The notes below the pieces were generated by a model, which saw only the letters and a program-made list of their open reading frames with translations, ran no database searches and was not told the DNA's origin. This document shows positions 35,328 to 48,882 of a stretch of DNA of 64,000 nucleotides, one piece after another. The first letter of the stretch is position 1, and every line of letters begins with the position of its first letter. Position numbers and translations under genes: made by a program. This stretch comes from Geosiphon pyriformis uo1 (Eukaryota; Fungi; Glomeromycota), in NCBI GenBank assembly GCA_016748015.1, contig JAAOMT010000603.1, forward strand, positions 353,532 through 417,531. The letters are read 5' to 3'.

Positions 35328-37232
35328 GTAATTAAAGAAATACACTGTTTTTTTTCTCTTTTTTTTTTGTCTTTGTAGTTATTTCTTTTAACACACCTCT
35401 ATTTATTGCTATAATTCCAATAAGCTCTTCTATTCGTGATTCTGGTTCTATTTTGGCTGGGTTAAAAATCTGGTTTAGCACTAAAAAGAAAGTGTCATTG
35501 AAAGCATTTACTCTTATAACTCTTTATACAAAAAATCAAAAAATATTGGAGTTATTGGTGACATGGTGGATTTATTAACCAGATCCATTTCTGCCAACAT
35601 TTTACAAACTGGCAGTAAAGAATGCAAAGTGTCTTGGAGTAATAAGATTGAAAGTGAAAAAGTAAGTATTAGTAAGGTGTTTGATATTAAAAACTTAAAA
35701 AACATGATTATAGAGAAAACAAATTATGTGGGTTTCAATGTCTTTGGAATTAACAATATAATAAATAATATAACTTTGAAAAAAACACAAATAAGAACAT
35801 ATGTCTTAGAAAAGCTGTTAAAAGTGTTATCTTTTAATGATTTGAGTGATAATAAATTCAAAATAGTGTTCATAGTGCTCAAATTTATTGGTTTCATAAA
35901 GTTGCCATTGTTTGAGTCATAAAGCAAGAATATTAAGAGTTTTGGCTTGAAAAAATTTTTTGCATTAAATATTAATATATTAGCCATGTTTGATAAGTCT
36001 TCTAATAATAATCTGATGGCTCTAAAAAAAATTTTTTATTGTGTAAACAGTTTTAAAAAAGACATCTATTCTCTTAAAATTTTCTGGGCTGATCAGATCC
36101 TTTTTTATTTTGAAGTTGAGTTTGCAAAAGGCTAGAGATTTGGCTATCAATATGAAAATTTTGGTTAATAACAACATTAAAAAACCAAATAGCCATTTAG
36201 ATTGAAAGATAATTGTTAAAGAGATTTCAGTTAATCTTCCTAAATTGGCTGTAGAATCAGTTTTTTCCAAGTTTAATAAAATAATTTCAATCAAAATACA
36301 ACTAATTGGTCTTTGACAAAAAGTTTTTATAGAGTTTGAATCATTGAATATGGCTAGCTCAATTGTTTTCAGATGATCAGTTTTTGTGAATAAGAACTCT
36401 GTGCATATGGTTTTGGTCATTAATAATAGAAAATTGTGAGTATTAAAAAACTAGCATTGGGTTTTATTGTACACTTTGTTGATTGGGACCACAGCTCATA
36501 ATCTATCAGATTTGTTGAATTTATATGATAGAAAAACTTGCTTTATTGGCTATAATTCCAATTTATATGTGTAAAATAGATGTATAGTGATGTGTTTTGC
36601 TGATGAGACATCTAAATTGGCTGCTATTGGTTTTATTCCAGTATTCAAAAGTGGGAATTTGTGTTGGGCTGGTTTCTCTTTGGCCTGTTGTGCTTAGTAT
36701 AAACAGTTTGATTATATTTTTGATGTTTATTTAGTGGATAAAATTCTGGTAGTCATAGTAAACAGGTGGTGTTTTTTTAGGATCAGATATGTTTGGCCAA
36801 TATTTATAAGAAAAAATAGGCACTTATTGCTTGTTCAGTTTTTTTTGGTGATAAGACTTAAACCTAGATTGCTGGTAGTTTTTCTTCTTATGTGGTTTTG
36901 TCAACTTTTATTGGTGTTAATTTGTTTTCAAATGCAAAACCCATTTTGATGGTTTTTAATCCTTTTAACAATTTTTGTTTGGCTGATTGTTTGGCTTCTT
37001 TGGAGCTTTTGGCAGATCAAGTTTTTGTTATTGTGAAGAAATCAAGCTTTGTTGAATTGGTGTTTCTGATACCCTCTTTTTATGTTTTTTTTCTGGTTAC
37101 TTTTGTGTCTTTGGCTTCTAATTTGGATTTGGATATAGTTTTGAATGGTGTGTTGATGTTATCAACTTCCTCTCTCTTGGTTGTTGTTGATATGGCTGTT
37201 GATTTTAATTCTAGTTCTAAGGTTTTGACCAT

Positions 37233-38203
37233 TGTTACTGGAGGTTTTTGGTCTCTTTTTTTGAATGTTGTTAATGTCTGTTGGTTGTAAATTCACGTTT
37301 TCTAGAAGTAGTTGAACCTCCAATAACTGAATTTATCTTCAAATTATCTCTTATAATTTGAACTGCTGGGCTTATAAGTGGAATGGCCAATTCCGTGCCA
37401 GTTACTTTGTATAATTACGTTGTAGTAAATGTCAATTCTTTCCCAGAAATTGCTCATCTGGGAGTTCACTAAAATGTGTAGTTACTTTGCTGTGAAAGTT
37501 AACTCTTCTATAGGAATCTCGTCTGTAGGCTACCCTAATAATTGTAATAAGAAAATAAAAGAAAAATAAAAGAAATGTAAAAGAAATAGAATTTTGTCAA
37601 GAGAAACGTTTTCTATCCAGGCCTGGAGTTACTAACAGTTTATTGAAATTGGTAGCTAATCAATTTCAAAACGTTAGTTGTGTTGAGGGAATTTCAAGTG
37701 TAATAATTTAAGAATTTGGTTTTCGAATATTTAATTTTTATTTAATTTTTGAAAAAAAAATAATTTGTTCTAATTAAGATATCTAGAGTAAGATACTATG
37801 GTAAGATATGGGAAGGATATATTTTTTTAAAAAGAGAAGCTCTTCTTTTATACAACTTGTTGTAGTACTAGTCTTTGAACTTGTACTTTTCTCTTTGCTA
37901 CAATTTGGGTGAACTAAAAATACATTTCAGCAAATTTACAAGTTATTTTACTGAACTATTGATTATTTCGGCGAATTTTCATTAATTTCGGCGAATTTTG
38001 ACTATGTTAAATGGTTCAGAGTATTGTGTAATTTGATCATCTTAATTTCTAGAGTACAAATCGGATTATTGATTGAGTAATGATTTTTGATAATTTGGCT
38101 AATTTAATAAGTGATAATCGAAATGATAATAATATGCTAATTAATAATAGGAATTATGAAGATAATTTCATGCTAATTAATAGCTAAAATTCCACTGGTA
38201 ACA
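37233..38203 (-). repeat. 3' LTR of Gypsy-2 (971 bp)
   Basis: Direct repeat of 46154-47121; adjacent PPT GAGGAGAAGA on the minus strand (~38206-38216). Confidence 0.95.
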
Positions 38204-38891
38204 TAATCTTCTCCTCAAGACTGAGCTCCGTTGAAGTCCAAGCACTATCTGTAATATTAAGATAGTGGTCCAAGATAATTGAGGTAATCTGGTCTGAAAA
38301 TTGTTGAAATTTCAGTTCTGTGAGCTTTCCAATGTATTGAATCTTCATTGGATGGAATATTGGGTTTTGTAGGACGTTTTCACAAGTGTTAAATAAATTA
38401 TAGAGTCTAAATGCTGCTCTAAGTTTGTAGCGGGTGTTTGTTGGTCCAGCTGCTGTTTTGAATTCATTGTGAATTTGTTTTTGTATAGCCTCAGGAGTAA
38501 TGTTGGTTGCTTCAAGCTCCAGTTTTCGTTCATAAAGTGTTTTTCTAATATAAAAATATCTATATATAAGGGTATATTTATTGTTTTGTTTATTGAGGAA
38601 TAGTAGAAGTTTTTGTTGTATTGTAGCATTTGGTGAAATGTCAATAGGGGCAATTAAAAGGTTTTCTTTTGGTGCTTGCTTCAAAAGTTCTGGTAACCTA
38701 TTTCCCAAATAACTTTTTGTTTTTCTTCTATAAGAGTAATAGTTTTGAGAATTATTTACTATTTGGGCTATGGTTTTTTTTTGCATGTAATTAATTTAAC
38801 TTCCATTAATTGTTATGGATAGATCAGGAAGTGTTTTTAAGGCTAATATTAGTTTTTGAGATATTTGTTGAATATTTTGGAAAAAAATCAT
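38184..38891 (-). pseudogene. Gypsy-2 ORF3 (unknown ~235-aa protein in the env position)
   Basis: ORF-track 38184-38786 extends upstream in frame to an ATG at 38891 through one TAA (38798-38796). Ends 20 nt inside the 3' LTR. Confidence 0.7.
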
Positions 38892-39041
38892 AATAAAATT
38901 GATTAATTAATGAAAAGGAAGAATAAAAAAATTATTTTTGAATATGGGGTTTTATTTGTTTTTGGGTTTGGGTGTTTTTGTAATTATTTGCTATTTTTGT
39001 CTTTGTGTGTTATTAAAAGATTATTGTAAAATTATGTTGAA

Positions 39042-40426
39042 TTAAGTGTTCAAGTTTGGTTGTTGTTCTATTATAATTATTGGTTCTAAATTTCGGGGAA
39101 TATCTTCAAAATTAATTAAAGAGCAATGTGTACCAATTTGTAGAATTAATGGTTCAAGATTGTTTTTGGAATGATAGTGTTTCAATCTATCTCTATGTGC
39201 AACTTTTGCTAGTACTTTGTTATTCAGTCTTAACTTGTATAATCTATTGTCTAAAATTTCGTGAATATAAAATGATCTATCCCATTTGTTTTCAAATTTT
39301 CCACTCCATTGTTTTTCAGTCTTAGTTCTGTGTAATAGAACTTTATTTTCAACTTTAAATTTATTGGTAATAGATGGTAATTTGTTGTCATGTCTTTCTT
39401 TTTGTTAAGCTTAGGAATGTTCAATATGAGTTGCTACTATCCTTCTTTTTCCTTCCAGTGTACTAAAAAGAGTGTAAGCTCTTCTTTGGAGTGTTTCTTG
39501 AAAGTTTTTTTATTGATTGGTTGCACTGGGTATGTTTCTACTGTGAAATTAATTGGTAATGTTGCTGTTTTTCCATAAGTAAGATCAAATAGTATGTGTT
39601 TCATAGTATTTTGTTTTAGTGTTCTGTATGCTAGTAACACTGATGAAATAAAGATATCCCATTTCTGCTCAAAATCTGTTAAGACTTTGGCTAAAGATTC
39701 ACACAATGTTCTGTTGAAACGTTCTACAAGTCCATTTGTTTGAGGATAATAAGGTGATGATAGAGGTTTTTTGATATTGAATCATTCACAAATTTCTTGT
39801 ATCAAGTTGTTCACAAAATGTGTTCCTTGATTAGATAAAAGTTCAATTGGACATCCATGTTTACAAATAATGTCTTCATAGATGAAATTTGCTACTGATT
39901 TTGCATCTGCTCTTTGGATGGCTCTAGCTTTAGGCCATTTGGTGAGATAATCTACTGCAACTGCAATATAATGGTTTCTTTGGGTTGTGATAGATAATGG
40001 TTTAACTAAATTAATTCCAACTCTGTCAAAAGGCTGCTCAACTTTGATTGGATTTAAAGGTTTTGTGGAGCAAGTCCCTCTCCTTCTTTGACAACTATCA
40101 CAAAATTCTATATATTGTCAAATGTCTTTTTGCATGTGAGGCCAAAAATAATGTTCAAGAGTTCTTTGAATTGTTCCATCTCTTTTCAAGTGTGCTGAAG
40201 ATGGGTCTGTGTGTATGTTGTATAAAATTGTTTCTTTTTTATTCTCTTGTACTAATCTGAGTAGTTGGTTTGGGTTTCTGTGATTTTTATAATAGATTTT
40301 GTTGTGGTGTATGAAATATTGTTTTGATTGATGTTGTAAACAATGTTTTTCACTTGGAGACCAATTTTCTGGCATGGTAAGGGTCTCCAAATAGTTTTTA
40401 AGATTGCTGTAGTTTCTGGAATCTAT
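39042..40426 (-). pseudogene. Gypsy-2 integrase, apparently a separate ORF
   Basis: (M>I)DSRNYSNLKNYL; HTDPSSAH..CDSC; AVDYLTKWPKA; QTNGLVERFN; LLAYRT. No chromodomain seen. Confidence 0.85.
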
Positions 40427-42329
40427 TGTTGTTTGGTTATTTTGTTGGTAGGTTGGTAAATTGTAGTAGAATTGTTGTTGGTGTTAATTTTGTCTTATTT
40501 TTGAGAGACTATTAACATTGGTGTGTAGTTTTTCTGGTTTGTGATGTACAATGTATCTGTAGTCTGATAAAAAGTCATTCCATCGAGACTGTTTGGCACT
40601 TTGTTCAGTTTTCTTTTTATTAAGCTATTTGAGACCAATATTGTTAGTTATTATGTCAAATTTTTTTTCATTTTTCAAATATTGTTAAAGTGTTTGAAAG
40701 CCCAGATGACTGTAGTGGCTTCCAATTCAGTTGAGCCATATTTGAGTTCTGTTGGCTTGAGTGTTCTGCTGGCATAGGCAATAACTTGTTTCTGGCCATT
40801 TTTATCTAATTGTGATAAGATGGCACCAAATGCTATGTGTGAAGCATCAGTGGCTAATTGGAACTGTTTGTTGAAGTCTGAGTAAGCAAGAACTGGGGCT
40901 GTTGTCAATTTTGTTTTGAGAGTTTCAAAAGCTTTTTGTTGTTTTTCAGTCCATTTGTATGGCACATTTTTGTTAGTAAGATAATTGAGTGGTTTGGCAA
41001 TTTCTGAAAATCTTTTTATGAATTTCTGATAGTAAGAGGCTAATTCTACAAATTCTCGTAGTTCTGTGGTATTTCTGAGAGTTTGAAAGTTTTTAACAGC
41101 ACTGATTGTTCCTGGATTTGGTTTGATTTCATCTTTACTAACTATGTGTCCAAGAAAGATCAAGCTGGTTTTTTCAAAGTGACATTTCTCAATGTTCAAC
41201 TTTAATTCTGCTTTCTGTAATTGTTAAAAAACTTCTCATAGGTGAATAAGATGGGCTTCAAAGCTTGGTGAGTATACATTAGTATCATCAAGATAGACAA
41301 CTACTGATTGCCACAAGAGTTCTTCATATACAACATTTATAAGTTGCTAAAATATTGCTGGTGCATTGCAGAGTTCAAAAGGCATAATATTGAACTCATA
41401 GTTTCTTTCTTGAGTGGTAAATGCTGTTTCGAGTCAGTTTTTTGGATTCATTTCGACTTGCCAATATCCACTTTCCAAGTCTAAAGTTGAGAAAAACTTG
41501 GCTTTTCCTAAAGCATCTAGCATGTCATCAATTCTTGGAAGAGGGTAGGCATCTCCAATTGTCACACTGTTTAATTGGCAATAGTCAACACAAAATCTGA
41601 TTTTTCTATTTTTCTTTTTGACAAAGACTACTAGTAAGGCCCAAAGACTTCTTGATGGTTGAATCAATTTGTTATTGAGCATTCTCTGGATTTCTTCTCT
41701 GATGAATTGGTGGCTGGCAGATGGCATTCTGTAAGCTTGCTAATGTTTTGGTGGAGCATCTCCTGTATGGATCTGATGTTGAACAATATTCATTTTTTCC
41801 AGGTCATTGTTGTTTTTTGCAAATATATCTGCAAATTCAGTTATCAATTGTTTCAATTGTCTTTGTTGTTGAGGTTCTAAGGGACCCATGTTGATTTGAG
41901 AGAGTTTTTCTTCCAAAAGGTGGTAGTTTTCAGTAGTGGGAATGATATTTGAATTTGGGAGTAGAGTGTGCCTTACAATTTCGATAAAATTAGAGACAAT
42001 TTGGGGGTTTTTATCTTGAAAAATATTGCTGTATATGATTCCAATTTATAATTTGTTTACTAAGACAATAGGGTAATTATTGGGATTGTAGAATATAACT
42101 CAAAATTTTCTCATTCTTTTGGGAATATAAACGTTTGGAATTGAGATTTCATGCTTCAAACAGATTTGTTCATTGGATTTAAAGATTTGTTGGGTAGTAG
42201 TGGGTTTTGAACAAGTGTAAATTTCGTGATGTTCTCTAAAAGGTGAAATGGTAATTGGTTGGGGAAGTTAAAGAATCTGGTAAGATTCATTTTGTATATT
42301 AAGGGCTATATTTATTAGAACTGTAAATT

Positions 42330-42730
42330 GTCCAGTTGAACCAAAACCTTGCATTCCTCTTTTACTTTTTCCCAATTGTTCTCTGTTGTTAACTAATTGT
42401 AGGCCCGAAATATTGATTAAGAGAAGGTAAATTGCTTGAGCAATTTTTTTAGCATGTTCAATCTTGAATGGTTTGTCTGTTTCATTCTGCAACATGATGG
42501 TAATATCTCCAGTGTATCCTGCATCTATAACTTCTCCTCTAATATTAATTTTTTTGCTTGCCAATGATGATTTGGAGGCAATTTGAACCATTACTCTTGG
42601 TGGTATTTCAAGAGCAATTTTGAGATTGATTTTTGTCAAGAACTTTGGTTGAAAAACCAAAGTATCTTTTTCTGGATATCTTAGATCATATCCAACATCA
42701 ATTTCGTGTGCTTTTTCTGGTCTGATTCCT
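42330..42730 (-). other. dut: Trimeric dUTPase domain inside Gypsy-2 pol (between protease and RT)
   Basis: All five motifs recognisable: DVGYDL, SKSSLA (RSS), VIDAGYTGDI, IAQAI, RGMQGFGSTG. Confidence 0.9.
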
Positions 42731-45700
42731 TGGCCATGGTTGTCAAAATATTTAAGTTGTAGAGGTGGTTGCTTTTCAAGAAGATAGATGGGAGTGGTTG
42801 GTAGTTCTTCTACTAGTTCAGATACTCTAAATTCGATTTTATTTTCATCATTCTCATCTGGCAGAGGAATGCTAAGAGCATAACATTCTATACACCATTG
42901 GTCATCACAAGACATAACACATTCTTCACACAATTGAATGTTTATTTGCTCTAATCATTGAATTTGAGCTTCTTTTGTTGGATATGTATGACTTGCAATT
43001 TGGTGGTAGGTTTCTATTTCATCTTCATAATCAAATCCAGCTAATTCCATGGTATACTCAATGTATTCAGCTTCTTTCATTTGGCAGACATCTTCTTGGG
43101 TGGCTCCATTGATCAATGTTATTGCTAAGTCAAAAATCATTTCAGCATCATAAGGGTAGTGGTAAAATTTATTGAGAGTGCTGTTGTATGCTACATCAAA
43201 TGGTGTTCCTCTTCTGACTTTTTTCGAAATTGATAAAGCATATTGACAGGTCTGATCACATACTCCTCTTCTCATTGCAACATCAATCCAGTTGTATTCT
43301 TTTGGTAGCATATCTTCACATGTAAGGCAAGAAGTGTTGTCCTATTTTCCACTTCTTTTAGGATATTCAAATCGTTTTTTATGGCATGTTTTACAAAAGT
43401 AGCAGATACAAATTTCATATTCCTCTTTTGGAAAAATACATGCTCTCATTGATGAAAGTTTCTTGTTGCAATCTTTGCATTTAAGTAGAATATAGGGTGG
43501 TTGTTTCTGTGGTTCTGGAGTAGAATATCTAACTTTTTTCTATCTTCTTGATTCTTCAAAAATCTCTTGTTCTGTTTCCTCAGTCCAATTGAATGTTGAT
43601 CCAAATGTCATGTAGATTTCAGTAAGTGGCATTTCTTTCTCCTCTTCAAATTCAAATACTGGGGCTTTTTCTAATTGTTTGTTGAAAGTACCACAAGTAA
43701 CAAATACTATAATGTATTGTCCTTGGTATAAGATTTTTAGTTCTTGAGTTTCCCAATCTAAGTTTGCATTGGCTTTAAGAAGCCAATCATTTTCGACTAG
43801 AGCTTGGTATTGGGATGCATCCATAACAAGAACTTTAACTGGAATGGTAATTCCATCAATTGTAAAGAGAAAATCATCAATTTCTCCTACTGAAGTCTTC
43901 TTTATACCATCAGCTGTGACAATAACTGTTTGGGCTGGTTTGTTTACATTTCATTTAAGTTGTTGCATTAGCTGGTAAGTGATGATACTTCCAGCAGATC
44001 CATTATCTAAGATTAAGTGAATGAGTTTTCTTTTCACTATAGCTTCTGTGTACATAGCAGTAATTGCTTTCTGTTCATTGACTGCTGCATTACTAAGCAG
44101 AAATGATGATTCATTTGCTTTAAATTCAAATAGAAATATATTTGACAGATTGGCATTTTGGGCAATTTGAGCTGGTGGAATGGTATGGTTGGAAGGGTTT
44201 AATCTTGGTACTGCAGCTCTACTTTCAGAAAGTGCAGTTTGTTGAAAATCCGATTCTTCTGGCATTGTTAAATAATTTGGTTGTGTGTAAAAATGGTTTG
44301 GTCTTTGCTGACCAGAATTTTGAGAAATCAACTGGTTGTTTGGGTTGATTCTGGTGTTATTATTATTGAATTGATTTTGTGGTGTAAATTGGTTATATTA
44401 AACCAATCTTCTGGCTGGTACTTGATATTATTGAATGGGTGGTGTTTGATATTGCTGAATGGGTGAAGGTTGCTAGTATTGTTGCTAAAATAGTTGTGGA
44501 ACTGGTTGATAGTAATTGTTTTGATTTTGTGATCTTGGTGAATAATAAGTTGGTAGTGAAGATTAGTAATAAGATTGTTGTGGTAAAGAATAATGTTGAT
44601 TACTCCTGTTCTGTTGGTCTCTCTGTAGTTTTCTGCAATCCTGTTTCCAGTGTCCTGGAATTCCACAATAATGACAATTTTGAGATTGGTTGTTGAATGG
44701 TGGTCCAAAGTTGTTTTGGTTGTATCACTGTAGTGGTTGATATCTTTGTGGTTGTTGCTGCTATTGTTGTTGATTTGTGAAATAGTTTTTAACCTTTTTT
44801 GTGAGTTAATCTATCTTTTTTTCAGCTGCTGAGCTGGTTTTTCCAATCGCTAGATTGACAAGTTTGGTGTGATTTGCTTTTTCTATTATCATTTTATAGT
44901 TCTTTGCATGTCTGATGGCAGTTGCTAGGTTTTCTGGAGCATGTGGACGAACTTTCTTAATAAGCTTGTCTTTTAATCCTGCTATGAACTGATCCAGAAT
45001 TTGAGCATCAGAATAGTAGTTATTGGTTTCTAATTGTTGAATTCGTCTAAGGAGTTTATTGAATCTCCCAAGATAGGTCATAACAGTTTCAGATGTTTCT
45101 TGTTTGATATTGTGAAAGCAATTCCAGAGAGTGATAGAGGTGTTGTTGTCAGTGAATTGTTGTAAAAAAACATCTTTGAATGCTTGCCAGTCTTCAAATG
45201 ATTCTTCTAAGTTTTCAAACCATTCTTCTGCAATTCCTTGAAAAAAGTATGGAATTGTTTTGAGCATTCTTGCTGTATTTCAGCCATTTGCATCTCCTGC
45301 TTTTTGAACTTTGTCAAGCCATTCTTGAAGACTGGTATCATTATTTTCACCTGTGAATTCTGAAATCTTTGCAATGTAAGCAGTTGCTATTTCCTCTTTG
45401 CTTTCTGTGGCTTCTTTTTGTTCTGATTCAGTTTCTTCACTTCCCAAATTTTCTGAGTGCTTACTTTCGTTTTTCTGCAAGTATTCAATAATATTGGTGC
45501 TTATTGATATGGGTTCCTGCTGTTGAGTAAGATTTCTAGGTGACTGAAAATTTTCTGGTCTTGAGAAATGGTTAAGTGGTGAATTTGGTGTTTGTGGTCA
45601 AGCAAGCAAAATTGGAAATAGTGTAATAGAAAGTGGTAATTTGACACTGGTTTCTTGTTCAGGTGTTTGCAAGTGTTTGGCAGTTGTCTTTGGTAGTGTT

Positions 45701-46135
45701 GGAGTGTTTGGAGTGGTTTTTGAGTATTGTTTCACTTTTTGTTTGCCTTTGTTGCTTGTTTTCGTTTCTGATTCAAAGTCAAAAGAGTATTTGGACTGTA
45801 CTGGGTATTTTTCTTCACAATACTTGATAATGTTGTAATTGAGTTCTTGAAAGTAGGTGGCAAGTATTTCACTGTTAAGGTCTTCAGTTTCCAATCGTGA
45901 ATAGTGCACTAGATTATTGTAGAGGTTGCTTCTAACTTCTGAAATGTTTTAATTTCCAAGAAGATAATTGTTGATACGGTTTTCAATGTATTGGTAGAGT
46001 GTTCTTTCAACAATTTCAATTCCGTCTGGGATGTTGAATCTCTGCTTGCAATGGGTGTAAATTGACTGATAATACTCTAGAGTTGTTGTGTCTGGTGTGG
46101 TCACTATTTTGAAGTTTGTTGTTGCTGTGTTATTT

Positions 46136-46151
46136 CTGTGGGAGAGCACCA
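46136..46151 (-). promoter_or_regulatory. Primer-binding-site candidate of Gypsy-2
   Basis: TGGTGCTCTCCCACAG, 2 nt after the 5' LTR; first 10 nt identical to the Gypsy-1 PBS. Confidence 0.65.
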
Positions 46152-46153
46152 AA

Positions 46154-47121
46154 TGTTACCAGAGGTTTTTGGTCTCTTTTCTTGAATGTTGTTAATGTCT
46201 GTTGGTTGTAAATTCACGTTTTCTAGAAGTAGTTGAACCTCCAATAACTGAATTTATCTTCAAATTATCTCTTATAATTTAAACTGCTGGGCTTATAAGT
46301 GGAATGGCCAATTCCGTGCCAGTTACTTTGTATAGTTACGTTGTAGTAAATGTCAACTCTTTCCCAGGAATTGCTTGTCTGGAAGCTCACTAAAATGTGT
46401 AGTTACTTTGCTGTGAAAGTCAACTCTTCTATAGGAATCTCGTCAGGCTACTCTAATAATTGTAATAAGAAAATAAAAGAAAAATAAAAGAAATGTAAAA
46501 GAAATAGAATTTTGTCAAGAGAAACGTTTTCTATCCAGGCCTGGAGTTACTAACAGTTTATTGAAATTGGTAGCTAATCAATTTCAAAACGTTAGTTGTG
46601 TTGAGGGAATTTCAAGTGTAATAATTTAAGAATTTGGTTTTCGAATATTTAATTTTTATTTAATTTTTGAAAAAAAAATAATTTGTTCTAATTAAGATAT
46701 CTAGAGTAAGATACTATGGTAAGATATGGGAAGGATACATTTTCTTAAAAAGAAAAGCTCTTCTTTTATACAACTTGTTGTAGTACTAGTCTTTGAACTT
46801 GCACTTTTCTCTTTGCTACAATTTGGGTGAACTAAAAATACATTTCGGCGAATTTACAAGTTATTTCACTGAACTATTGATTATTTCGGCGAATTTTCAT
46901 TAATTTCGGCGAATTTTGACTATGTTAAATGGTTCAGAGTATTGTGTAATTTGATCATCTTAATTTCTAGAGTACAAATCGGATTATTGATTGAGTAATG
47001 ATTTTTGATAATTTGGCTAATTTAATAAGTAATAATCGAAATGATAATAATATGCTAATTAATAATAGGAATTATGAAAATAATTTCATGTTAATTAATA
47101 GCTAAAATTCCACTGGTAATA
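46154..47121 (-). repeat. 5' LTR of Gypsy-2 (968 bp)
   Basis: Direct repeat of 37233-38203; differs by roughly two dozen transitions and a 3-bp indel. Confidence 0.95.
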
Positions 47122-47922
47122 CCATCAAGATAAGTGGTTTGAAGTCAAAGATAGTGGCTTTAAAAGTGTTAATTGGGTCAGTTTTGGAGAAGTTAGATTG
47201 TTTGTGCTCTGGTTTGGATTTATCAGCTTCTCTTTTATCTTAATAAGTAATTTGGTTTGGAAATTTGCTATGTGTAATATTTATAGTATTAATGTTCCTG
47301 CAAAACAAAATGACATAGTTTATTGGCATTGTGATTCAGATAATATGGTCTTTTTTGTTACTAAAACAAAGTTGAGGTCTACTATTAGGTCATAAATCAA
47401 AAATAAGTTTGACAGGGTTTGGATTTTTATTTCTGGTTTAGATGTTGGTTTTCTTGGTATTGGTATTGCCATTATTATAAACAATTCCTTGACTCATTAT
47501 GTTGTTAAAGTGAAAAAAGTTTTTGGTTGGGTTGTTTTAATGTATTTTCTGTTGAAAAGCAAGCTTTTAGTTACAATTCTTGGTTTGTATGCTGGCACTT
47601 CTTCTAATATTCAGTTTGAACAGACTTCAAAAGTCAATTTTCTCATTGTAAAAGCTGTTAACTTCAGCACTTTTGTGATCTTGGGTGAAGATTTCAATAA
47701 AAATAAATCTGAAAAGAATGTAAGTTTTAGGTTTTGTTTGGGTCTAGGTTTGGTTAATTTATTCAATAAACACTCTTTGATCAATGTCTCAATTTAGAAC
47801 AACTTGAAAGATATTAAGAAAGGTTTAAATTATGTTTTTGTAAATGAAAGTTTATTGTTAGTGGTTGTTAATTATGGTATTAGTTTTGTGTCTGTTTTTT
47901 TTGACATTAATTACAAGATTGT

Positions 47923-48882
47923 TGTTACTGGAAGTTTTTGGTCTCTTTTTTTAAATGTTGTTAATGTTTGTCTGTTGTTAATTTCACGTTTTTTGAAAGC
48001 AGTTGAATCTCCAATAACAAATTTATCTTCAAATTATCTTTTATAATTTAAACTGCTGGGCTTATAAGTAGAATAACCAATTTCTTGCCAGTTATTTTAT
48101 GTAGTTATATTGTAGTAAACATCAACTCTTTTCCAGAGATTGCTTATTTAGAAGCTCACGAAAATGTGTAGTTACTTTGCTGTGAAAATCAACTCTTCTA
48201 CAGGAATCTTGTCTGTAGGCTACTCTAATGATTATAATAAGAAAAATAAAAAAAATGTAAAAAAAAATAGAATTGTGTCAAGAAAAACGTTTTCTATTCA
48301 GGTTTGAAGTCACTAATAAATTACTGAAATTGGTAGCTAATCAATTTCAAAATGTTAGTTGTGTTGAAAAAATTTCAAGCACAATAGTCAAAAGATTTGG
48401 TTTTTTAAATATTTAATTTTTATTTGATTATATAAAAAGTAATTTGTTCTAATTAAAATATCTAAAGTAAGATACTATAGTAAAATACTATGAGAAAATA
48501 TATTTTCTTGAAGAGAGAAGCTCTTTTTTTATACAATTTGTTATAATACTAGTTTTTAAACTTGTACTTTTTTCTTTGCTTTAATTTTAGTAAACTAAAG
48601 ATACATTTCAGTGAACTACAAGTTATTTTTACAAATTATTAATTATTTCAGCCAATTTTCATTAATTTCGGCAAATTTTAACTATATTAAATAGTTCAAG
48701 ATATTGTGTAATTTGATCATCTTAATTTTTATAGTACAAATCAGGTTATTAATTAAATTATGATATTTGATAATTTGGTTAATTAATAAGTAATAATTGA
48801 AATAATAATAATATACTAATTAATAATAAGAATTATAAGGATAATTTTATGCTAATTAATAGCTAAAATTCTACTGGTAATA
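47923..48882 (-). mobile_element. Solo LTR, family 2, in the LINE C endonuclease region
   Basis: Homologous to the Gypsy-2 LTR; TSD TTGT/CTGT. Confidence 0.85.

Larger units (their letters stand above)
40484..46152 (-). pseudogene. Gypsy-2 gag-pol (gag and protease in one frame; Cys-rich insert; dUTPase; RT; RNase H)
   Basis: EFTGENND..EWL, CHYCGIPGHWKQDC knuckle, LILDNGSAGSII, YPLPRIDD..GYWQV, VYLDD, LATDAS..IAYASR..ELEA. Many CAA>TAA-type stops. Confidence 0.9.
37233..47121 (-). mobile_element. Gypsy-2: full-length Ty3/Gypsy LTR retrotransposon (LTR family 2) with dUTPase, inactivated
   Basis: LTRs 46154-47121 and 37233-38203; TSD CCAT (37229-37232 / 47122-47125); PBS and PPT on the minus strand; gag-PR-dUTPase-RT-RH-IN. 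Excision restores LINE ORF1 (KVLTI|KISGL). Confidence 0.95.

Noticed and set aside
38184-38891. ORF3 as an envelope gene
   Set aside because: No signal peptide, transmembrane helix or fusion-protein features in either ORF3.
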